Shown: in pieces, positions 57,201 to 64,000 of the stretch
How positions within the stretch are numbered: position 1 is the stretch's first letter
How the letters are laid out: every line of letters starts with the position of its first letter
From: Antedon mediterranea
Taxonomy: Eukaryota > Animalia > Echinodermata
DNA length: 64,000 nucleotides
Direction of reading: 5' to 3'
Assembly (NCBI RefSeq): GCF_964355755.1
Contig: NC_092673.1
Span: 28,021,648-28,085,647 of the forward strand
Notes under the pieces: model-generated
What the model was told of the DNA's origin: nothing
Databases searched by the model: none
What the model saw: the letters and a program-made list of their open reading frames with translations, nothing else
Translations under genes and position numbers: made by a program

Positions 57201-60200
57201 TTGGCTACATAGTGTTATATGAAATGTTATTTGAAAAAACATGGTTTTAAAAAGTTGTTGTATTCTTTATTTACTTTGCTTCATTCTAGATACTGATGAA
57301 TGTGTAGAGACACCTGACATTTGTCCTGAGTTCGAGGAATGCATTAATACTGTCCCGTTCTATAACTGCCGATGTATCAACAATTATCTGAGAGAAGGAG
57401 CTGTTTGTACAGGTATATACTGTGACTGTGTTTCTATTTGCCTTGTGAAATAATACAGGCTTTAAGGGTCTTACACACCTGTTCCGACACGGTTCGGCCC
57501 GGCGCTGGCAAGGCAAACGTCAATGTTTCGTTTTCATTTGGCTACGCGCATAGCCGGTAAAGCGTCGTGAAAACATTAGATTCGCCGGACCGGAACCGTG
57601 CCGACCAGGTGTGAAAGACCCTTTAATGAAAGATATTTAGTGTATTTAATTGTGCATGCAGTCCCCAATACCGTTCGTTCAATACTGTTCAATTTGCAGT
57701 TTTATATAAGAAAGGTTAAGTCGAGCTTCGTGGGCGTTGATGCTTATCTTCCAAACCATAGATACTCGGTTCGAGTACTAAAACCTGCTATTTTGGTGCA
57801 GTGTAATTGTGTATTTATTTCTTTTTCTAGATATTAATGAATGTACTGCAAATGTAGTTAGTCCTTGTTCTTCCAATGGGAACTGTACAAACCTGCCAGG
57901 AACATTTAGCTGTGACTGCAATAGTGGATACATGGGAGATGGTGTCACATGTACAGGTACATTTATATTATGCTTTTGACTAGACCTACCATAACGATCA
58001 GAGAGTACTGGTAGAACATTGGAATTCGCTATCTAGCCAATATATTTTCCATCATCGGTAGAACCTAAAAACATTCACTATTAAATTTATGTTTTGCTGC
58101 GATATTGTTATCAAGTACAACTGTTTTTTAATAAGCCCATCTTTTGTAAAAATGTAGACAAAATAATGTATTATAACTAACCATTGAACCAAAGACAATC
58201 AAAGATTTCCAAAATTGAAATAATCCTTTTTATCTTTTTTTAGATGTGAATGAATGTGAAATTGGTATTGATGAATGTAGTCAAAATTGTCAAAACACAG
58301 ATGGCTCCTATACTTGCTCCTGTTCTCCAGGCTTCCAGCTTGCAAATGATGAATACTCCTGTACAGGTTAGTTACCTCAACAAGACAATTGAAGTATTTA
58401 CTATCTAATACACTGGAAGTAGTTTCCAATACCGACAGATGATTAACTTTGTTGGGTTTTCTGTAAAGTTTTGTTTTACAAAAAACATGTTTCCCAGCTT
58501 TGTATGAAACGGTTTGAAATAGATTTTCAAATATATGTTTTATGACTGCAATTAAGCTCTGTCTACACTATCAAACTAGTTTGGCAAAAAAAGTGTGATA
58601 TGCCTAAATATGGTACTCATCTGACATCACCATATATAGGCACATCACTAAATTTTGATATTGTAGACATTGCATAAATACTCAATGTTAAATAATATGT
58701 AGCATATTAATTAGCTGAAGTTACTACCGTTTGACAGGATCTGTATGTATATATGTATTTAGCCTATATTGGTAGGCATCTGTCACGAACGACAATGTTA
58801 AAAGCTAACAATTATCATTATTTTCAGTTTTGGAAGGGATCTCTTGTGCTCATACTAACTCCTGCGACACGTCAGCTACTTGTGTGTTAGTTAACGGCAA
58901 TGCTACATGTTTCTGTAATAGTGGCTATGAACTTATTAATGGAACAACCTGTCAAAGTATGTTCAGGAAAGATATTGTAAAGATATGGTAGTGATATGAC
59001 GTCACCATGTCCATATTTGGGCACATCACATTTTTTTGATAGTGTAGACAGAGCTTAACACATGTATTTAGTTTGTATTCTGTTGTTGTACGTAGGCCTA
59101 CTTTGTATCCAACCCACTCCAACTTTTAATAATCAATGCTTACATCAGTCACAATACAATTATCTCTATCAAAGTTCAATGTCTTTAAAATAGAGTTTAT
59201 GAATACATAAATAGTATAGTTTCAAAATTTCTATGTGTGTTCAGTATATACATTTGTTTGAAATAAATAATTAAGCATTAATAAAAGAATAAAGCTCTGT
59301 CTACACTATTAAACTTTCTGTGAAAAAACAAATTGTGATTTGCCCATATATGGAAATTATAATATCATTACTACCATGGACATATCACTACCATATTTTC
59401 ATATATTATTCATACTATTGTTTTGTCGAACTAGTTTGATAGTGTAAACAGCACTTAAGAATAAATTAGTGATCAAATCAGAGCACACAATTCTATACTG
59501 CTATAATAAATAACAAATGTAAATGTGTTTATTTTGTTAATTTGTTTCATTAATTGTTTTGTTTTTCAGATATAAATGAGTGTAACACTACAGACAATGC
59601 ATGTGCGGATGTGTGTGTTGATGTTGATGGTAGTTACACTTGCTCTTGTAGCAGTGGTTATGACCTGGCATCCGACCTTCGATCTTGCCAAGGCATGTTA
59701 TTATTTTAATTTTAATACGGTCATATCATATCAGGTACTCTATCCCATGTTATAACGAATAATTACTGACAATGCTGTGGGTATCAGTGACTGGATCCAT
59801 TGTGCACTGGATACCAAGGGATGGATTGGCAAGAGTTAGGCCAAAATGCTTTATTGAGATCTATTCAAAGGTCACATGTATTATAGATTGCACAGAAATC
59901 TTTGTCCAGCTTCTGATGGACTTAATGCAGCGTGCACAACCCTATTCCAATTATAAATGTCATAACACCTACAAAGCATACTTACATACTTATTTAAAAA
60001 AAATTGACATAACCTCATTTCATCTCAGTATGCAGTATAATATTTTTTAAAGGGGAATTACTAATAATCATCAGGAAATTGGAAACATAATACCATTTCA
60101 ATACTATATTAACATATCGAGTAGATTACTCCATACCCAAGTTAAAACAGATATATTTAGATGCATGTATATTCCATCAGCTATCATGTTATGCAATAGA

Positions 60201-63200
60201 GATTTTAAACGTTCGACCATTCCAATCTTTGTTCTATGTTACAGGTTATTGCTAAAAAATATCTATATATATTAATGATTTTATGTAACAGTTTCATTTT
60301 CTTGAGAATTATGTTCATCATATTTTATAAAATAATATATTTTAATTTCAAACAGATATTGATGAATGTCGTAATAGTAGTATTTGTGTCGCAAACTCTG
60401 AATGCATCAATGAGCCAGGAACGTACAGATGCAATTGCCTTGATGGATTTACTGGAGAAAATTGCGCAGGTACCAGTGTCTTCCTATATTGTGCACAACC
60501 TCATTTGAGTAGGCCTATAGTCGCAAATATTAACATTAGTAGTAGACTAAAACGCCTAAAACGAAACCTGACAGGGATAAGAACCCACTTTCTCGTGAGA
60601 GAGACAATAGGCCTATATTTCAACATTATGGCCAACTCCTAGTTAGGACACAGCCCTATAATGTAACACTTTGTTGGGTCCAGGATTAGTCCACTTAAGT
60701 CATATCACTCTATATATTCCATGGTCTGTAAATATCATTGTATCATTCGCTGACCGGTCAGCTCTATTCTTATGAATGGTCTTCCATAATCGATCAAGAA
60801 TCAATTATATTGACAGCTTCTAAACAGTTGCTGAAAACCCATCTCATTTGAATAGCATATGGAAAAAATTACGTAATTTCTATCTTATTCGTGCCTTGTG
60901 GTCCTAGCGCTTTAGAGAAACATTTATTTTGGTTATAGGTCCTATTAAAAAGACAATTATTATTATTATAACTGGAATGCATCATCTTCTTCTTCAGATA
61001 TCAATGAATGTGAGTCGCAAGAACTATATGACTGCACTGATAATGCCGACTGTATGAATCAAGAGGGTGGTTATAGGTGTGTCTGTAAAACAGGATTTTC
61101 TGGAAATGAAATCATGTGTGTTGGTAAGTTTGATTCACGAAATAGGGATAGTAAAAAGTATTCGAAAACCTTTTTAGTGACAGGAGTAGAAAGAATAAAG
61201 ATTCAAGAAATTTGATTAGTCCACTTTAATTGGAAATTCATTTTGCTTCGCATAATTAGGACAATAAAAGATAAGAAAAATACATCAAATTGCACAAACG
61301 AAAGGCATACTTGTACATAGTTGATCTAACACCAGTAACACCATTGAGTCAATACGATTTAGCGCAAATAGTGTGCGCGACGCTTCGATGGGAAAGGTTT
61401 GGGAGCAAACGTAACAACGCATACGTACGTGATTTGTTGTTTGTACGTACGCGTCGTGACGTTTGCTCCCAAACCCTTCCCATCATGCATTGTGAAATGA
61501 CTCTTGAATTGAAGCTATTTGCGATAAACCTTATTCGTGCATAATAAAAATATCTTGGATATATTTTTCATTATGAATTGCATAAACTATTAACTTTACA
61601 CATACAGATGTGAATGAATGTTTGCAAATGGACACGTGCAATAGCCGTGCCGTGTGCAACAATACTGAAGGATCCTATGCATGTGAATGTCTTGGCGGTT
61701 ACACCTCTGATGGTGCAGACGATTGTATTGGTAAGCTTTACTATATTTATTTACTATATTTTGTAGGTTCTATTTTTTAAGCTCTATCTACACTATCAAA
61801 CTTATGTGACAACAAAAATGTGATGTGCCCATATACGGACATGATGATGTCACATCACTACCAAATTTGGACATATCGCAACCATTTTAGGCACATCATA
61901 CTTTTTTTGTCAAAATAGTTTGATAGTGTAGATGACAGAGCTTAAACTACCAATCCTTGGTTAAAATCCTCAGATTTCATGATTTTTTTTATTATAACAT
62001 AGGCCTACACCTAAAGACTTTGTTACTGAATTTGTTTATATAGAGCATCGTGTGTTTGTCTTTTGAACAGGATTGCCACCTTTAAAAATGATAGTGAATG
62101 AATTCGCTTATAGTTATCCTTGGCAATATGCCATTTTAAAAGAGAGAAAAAGAACACCTTAGTATTGTCTTTGAAATTATTATTTTTATTCTAGACATCG
62201 ATGAATGTATGGATTCGATATATCCTTGTAACTTAAACGCTGAATGTCAAGACACAGATGGATCATACATATGTACTTGCAACGATGGTTACCGTGGTGA
62301 CGGATTTATAAGTTGTGTAAACATAGATGAATGTATTGAACAACTTGACGATTGTCATGAGTTAGCCAGCTGCACTGATAACAATGGATCTTACACATGT
62401 GATTGTAATATGGGTTTTGAAGGATCTGGTCGTGTTTGTACTGGTGAGAATAAAAATATACTTATTTTCCTGTTAAAATAACGAAAAGCACACATTAAAA
62501 AACAATTATTACAAAAACAAATTAAAAACAGTGGAAGACTCCGTCTGGAACCCAGACTACGGAGAACCATAAAAACATAGTGTAAGCAATATCTAAATTA
62601 TTCTCCTATAAAAAATGTTTTGTTTTATTTTAAGATGTCAATGAATGTACGGATGATACTGATAATTGCGATACAAATGCTATCTGTATAAACACTGAGG
62701 GATCTTACACGTGTTCTTGTAATGATGGCTATTTTAGTGCTGAAGGAGGAAACGCGAGGATGGGACAATGTCAAGGTAATTGATTTCCTCTGAGAGCTTT
62801 ACGAAGACGACTCACCACCTAAGAAAATGTTAATTCCTCGACACATTGTTGATGTTTCTAGGTTTCTAGGCGACAACCACCAATGCGTAGTTCACAAATC
62901 GAAAGCTTCCTAGTAATAAGCTTTCGGACAATACATCATATGAAGACACTGGTGTACTGTTGGTAGACAGTTTTATGACTTGATTTTGGGTCAACTTATG
63001 AGTTGCTAAAGAAGCAAGCTACCTTTGTTATTGCACAATTAAGAGTGTACATATTGAATCTCTTTTTAGTCCAAGTCTCAAAGCTGCCGTAAACTTTACA
63101 AAGAGATATATTTTAATATTTATAGAATGAAATGTAATTAAATATATACAACTATTGTAATGATTATTTGTTTTATTCAATGTTTTTATAAGATTCCGAT

Positions 63201-63315
63201 GAGTGTGCGTATAACACTGATTCGTGTTCTAACGAAGCTGTGTGTACAAATACTGATGGTTCATATACGTGTACATGTATTGAAGGCTTTGAAGGAAATG
63301 GCTTTAACTGTTCAG
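24339..63315 (+). CDS. Giant multi-exon MUC4/SUSD2-like mucin gene (partial: 5' and 3' ends not in view): (STTEP)n - 2xLDLa - 2xCCP - 2xcbEGF - NIDO - AMOP - VWD - cadherin-like - at least 19 EGF
   Basis: 36 exons, each bounded by AG and GT (one GC), whose phases chain into one uninterrupted frame of about 17,634 nt; domain motifs recognised in the translation (see exon features). No start or stop codon located in the window. Confidence 0.9.
36442..36570 (+). CDS. Exon: LDL-receptor class A module 1
   Basis: ctag|...T|gtaagt; [34 protein letters not shown] matches the LDLa CDG..DC.DG.DE pattern. Confidence 0.92.
37626..37751 (+). CDS. Exon: LDLa module 2 (divergent)
   Basis: tgtag|...G|gtacta; [27 protein letters not shown]...DE; not in the ORF track. 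Confidence 0.85.
37954..38133 (+). CDS. Exon: Sushi/CCP module 1
   Basis: ctag|...C|gtaagt; [10 protein letters not shown]...FQCNDGYTL...C.NG....PNC. Confidence 0.9.
38470..38679 (+). CDS. Exon: Sushi/CCP module 2
   Basis: ttag|...G|gtaagt; [10 protein letters not shown]...VTCNDGYTL...YTCNDG...QC. Confidence 0.9.
38837..38959 (+). CDS. Exon: calcium-binding EGF
   Basis: [40 protein letters not shown]; phase 1-1. Confidence 0.92.
39585..39704 (+). CDS. Exon: calcium-binding EGF
   Basis: [39 protein letters not shown]; acag| and |gtgaga. Confidence 0.92.
40175..40236 (-). repeat. Degenerate tRNA-derived (SINE-head-like) sequence
   Basis: Minus strand reads gtggttatgatgcttggctaccactccaaatgtcctgggttcaagtccc with a B-box GGTTCAAGTCC; no intact cloverleaf. 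Confidence 0.45.
40329..40486 (+). CDS. Exon: pre-NIDO region
   Basis: [12 protein letters not shown]...IAFGRQF...CY resembles the LYPYG...GD lead-in of NIDO proteins; phase 1-0. Confidence 0.82.
40499..41484 (+). mobile_element. Non-autonomous Helitron (family H), copy 2, intronic
   Basis: A|TC start 12 bp after the donor; 3' hairpin gggggagc...gctcaccc then CTAG|T. Confidence 0.87.
42041..42208 (+). CDS. Exon: NIDO region
   Basis: taatag|FTQNGNF...FISPFWS...VFYQ|gtatgt; phase 0-0. Confidence 0.85.
42542..42700 (+). CDS. Exon: NIDO region
   Basis: aatag|EYTGEG...[11 protein letters not shown]...EY|gtaagt; F.P.W...VTW motif; not in the ORF track. Confidence 0.85.
43076..43255. mobile_element. 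hAT-like MITE
   Basis: TIR cagtggcgtaac/gttacgccactg; 8-bp TSD cttcaata/cttcagta. Confidence 0.82.
43347..43842 (+). CDS. Exon: NIDO core and start of AMOP
   Basis: [12 protein letters not shown] (NIDO hallmark), GNT.RKGQY, then CLDWYNED...[14 protein letters not shown] (AMOP). Confidence 0.92.
44328..44522 (+). CDS. Exon: AMOP middle
   Basis: tgcag|...A|gtaagt; CFQS...GTECCY motif. Confidence 0.85.
44658..44777 (+). CDS. Exon: AMOP C-terminus
   Basis: DIMPRYYCC...[20 protein letters not shown] matches the AMOP C..Y...RP...C..Y.PP ending. Confidence 0.9.
45218..45423 (+). CDS. Exon: VWD start with GDPH motif (45229-45240)
   Basis: [24 protein letters not shown], typical VWD N-terminus. 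Confidence 0.93.
45812..45899 (+). CDS. Exon: VWD
   Basis: atag|[18 protein letters not shown]...G|gtaaag; its 0-1 phase is required to join the neighbours. Confidence 0.8.
46543..46690. mobile_element. MITE family B; other copies at about 41700-41821, 52020-52133, 58555-58670, 58983-59055, 59293-59456, 61780-61942, 63451-63595
   Basis: TIR agctctgtctacactatcaaac / gtttgatagtgtagacagagct, internal gtgatgtgcccaaatatggta repeats, TTA/TAA flanks (Harbinger/Tourist-like). Confidence 0.82.
46739..46933 (+). CDS. Exon: VWD
   Basis: ...[10 protein letters not shown]...[10 protein letters not shown]|gtaagt (VWD GKT.GL.G motif). Confidence 0.88.
47458..49449. mobile_element. Non-autonomous TIR element with 8-bp TSD
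   Basis: TSD tttcgtgg at 47450-57 and 49450-57; inverted subterminal gcgaggca repeats. Confidence 0.78.
48454..49271. mobile_element. Foldback element with ~300-bp imperfect inverted arms
   Basis: gctagtttcctt...ctatggagcgccaaaagagcaa mirrored by ttgctcttttggcgttccatag...aaggaaactagc. Confidence 0.72.
49488..50448. mobile_element. hAT-like non-autonomous element containing a family-A-related MITE (about 50251-50411)
   Basis: TIR caggcccgtaaccagg / cctggttacggccctg; tttca repeated on both flanks. Confidence 0.72.
50833..51100 (+). repeat. 46-47-bp tandem repeat copied from the exon/donor junction at 46908-46960
   Basis: About five copies of gggaaaaactatgggcttatttggtaagttattgtatctgcctac. Confidence 0.88.
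51262..51369 (+). CDS. Exon: VWD end
   Basis: ttag|[10 protein letters not shown]...IFDFANTW; completes GL.G.WNG...D. Confidence 0.87.
51695..51955 (+). CDS. Exon: post-VWD Cys/helical region
   Basis: WRL...FRPKF...[24 protein letters not shown], as follows VWD in MUC4/SUSD2-type proteins. Confidence 0.88.
52316..52507 (+). CDS. Exon: cadherin-like/Ig-like module, first part
   Basis: NIPPVI...LQVNATDEN...LTYS. Confidence 0.8.
52543..54210 (-). mobile_element. Family-A MITEs, the second split by Helitron copy 3
   Basis: TIR starts near 52543 and 52656; the second resumes at 54076 and ends ggaaccacgc near 54210. Confidence 0.75.
52734..54075 (-). mobile_element. Non-autonomous Helitron (family H), copy 3
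   Basis: Reverse complement starts TCTATATATAAATTATGG and ends gagcgagcgaagcgagctcaccctCTAG, between A and T. Confidence 0.87.
54565..54746 (+). CDS. Exon: cadherin-like module end and EGF start
   Basis: GLFTWTP...ITFDVSD...CSCINGGTC; phase 1-0. Confidence 0.85.
55297..55477 (+). CDS. Exon: EGF end plus one EGF
   Basis: [32 protein letters not shown]...[15 protein letters not shown]. Confidence 0.9.
55631..55771 (+). CDS. Exon: cbEGF
   Basis: DYNEC...[22 protein letters not shown]...C. Confidence 0.9.
   Translation: MTTNALLDKIRLKVPHSVTNYVRIPWEATHVVVGLDMSCIQMNETA
56083..56205 (+). CDS. Exon: cbEGF
   Basis: [12 protein letters not shown]...[12 protein letters not shown]. Confidence 0.92.
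56536..56658 (+). CDS. Exon: cbEGF
   Basis: DINECQTG...[18 protein letters not shown]. Confidence 0.92.
56929..57174 (+). CDS. Exon: two cbEGF modules
   Basis: [12 protein letters not shown]... and [12 protein letters not shown]...; 246 bp. Confidence 0.92.
57290..57412 (+). CDS. Exon: cbEGF
   Basis: [21 protein letters not shown]... Confidence 0.9.
57465..57622. mobile_element. Harbinger/Tourist-like MITE
   Basis: TIR agggtcttacacacctg / caggtgtgaaagaccct; TTA on both sides. Confidence 0.78.
57831..57956 (+). CDS. Exon: cbEGF
   Basis: [30 protein letters not shown]. Confidence 0.92.
58244..58366 (+). CDS. Exon: cbEGF
   Basis: [27 protein letters not shown]. Confidence 0.92.
58828..58956 (+). 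CDS. Exon: EGF (no calcium-binding consensus)
   Basis: [31 protein letters not shown]; six Cys. Confidence 0.87.
59570..59692 (+). CDS. Exon: cbEGF with GC donor
   Basis: [12 protein letters not shown]...GSYTCSC...SCQ then G|gcatgt. Confidence 0.87.
60356..60469 (+). CDS. Exon: cbEGF
   Basis: [28 protein letters not shown]. Confidence 0.92.
60700..60970 (+). mobile_element. Probable L2-type LINE 3' tail
   Basis: Degenerate ...LLKTHL terminus followed by an (att)n tail. Confidence 0.45.
60998..61123 (+). CDS. Exon: cbEGF
   Basis: [13 protein letters not shown]...[12 protein letters not shown]. Confidence 0.92.
61387..61484. repeat. Imperfect palindrome (MITE core)
   Basis: gatgggaaaggtttgggagcaaacgt / acgtttgctcccaaacccttcccatc. 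Confidence 0.72.
61608..61730 (+). CDS. Exon: cbEGF
   Basis: [11 protein letters not shown]...[12 protein letters not shown]. Confidence 0.92.
62195..62443 (+). CDS. Exon: two cbEGF modules
   Basis: [12 protein letters not shown]... and [12 protein letters not shown]... Confidence 0.92.
62635..62775 (+). CDS. Exon: cbEGF
   Basis: [12 protein letters not shown]...[12 protein letters not shown]. Confidence 0.92.
63193..63315 (+). CDS. Exon: cbEGF (last exon seen; gene continues beyond the window)
   Basis: [12 protein letters not shown]...GSYTCTC...CS G|gtaaga. Confidence 0.92.
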
Positions 63316-63782
63316 GTAAGAGAGTTTATCAACCTATAATAAATGTAAACATAACATCATTGTCCTGTGTTCATAGAGTAACCCCTTCTTTGGAACATAT
63401 GGGATACTGCTAAAGAAGACACTTTTTCGTAAAACGAATATTATGTTTTAGCTCTGTCTACACTATCAAACTAGTTCGACAAAAGAGTGTGATGTGCCCA
63501 AATATGGTAGTGATGTGCCCAAATATAGTAGTGATATGAAATCATCATCATCACATTTTTTTTGATCACAAAAAGTTTGATAGTGTAGACAGAACTTTAA
63601 CACTACAGTTTCCACTCCTCTTCAAAGAGGTAAATCACAGCCCTATTAACGAACACTTTGGTCTATTACGTGCCTGCTTACCTGGATAAACCCGACAATA
63701 GCCCTTTTCCACGAAGTGCGAAACAATTACGAAAAGAAGAATTCTACCCGAATTCACCTCATTAAGAATGGTACAGTCCGCT

Positions 63783-63799
63783 CTAGCGCCCTCTTGTGG
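63783..63799 (-). promoter_or_regulatory. CTCF-like motif
   Basis: Minus strand CCACAAGAGGGCGCTAG closely matches the CTCF core consensus; motif match only. Confidence 0.4.
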
Positions 63800-64000
63800 G
63801 ACCACTCCCACGTGTTACCGTCATCATTTCTTTTCGTACTGTCACAAAGACAAGTCACGAAGTTTGAGAACGTTGCGATACGTCACAAACGAGGAAGAAA
63901 ATACCTTGAGAAGCTAGCCGAGGCTAAGTTGATCTCATATAATATATTATACATTGTATAAGTATTGATACGTTGGAAAACATATATATAGTAGTGATAT

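Overview
AT-rich eukaryotic (metazoan, probably marine invertebrate) genomic DNA; nothing here is prokaryotic and most short ORFs in the track are noise. The right two-thirds (24339-63315, + strand) holds one very large, intron-rich gene that is incomplete at both ends. I traced 36 phase-compatible exons by hand (about 17.6 kb CDS, about 5,880 aa). They encode an 11.9-kb single exon of about 790 Ser-Thr-Thr-Glu-Pro repeats, then 2 LDLa, 2 Sushi/CCP, 2 cbEGF, NIDO, AMOP, VWD (with GDPH), a cadherin-like module and at least 19 EGF modules: a MUC4/SUSD2-like acidic mucin. The left third and the introns are dense with transposons. These include a self-nested stack of six non-autonomous Helentron-like elements (10084-18720, empty site preserved nearby), three canonical TC...CTAG Helitrons, a decayed Academ-like element inside a MITE, MITE clusters, a multi-level hAT/foldback nest in a VWD intron, and LINE fragments. 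The octamer TAGGCCTA is strongly over-represented and appears as a 6-bp insertion after TA, suggesting excision footprints. All coordinates were counted by eye and may be off by a few bases.
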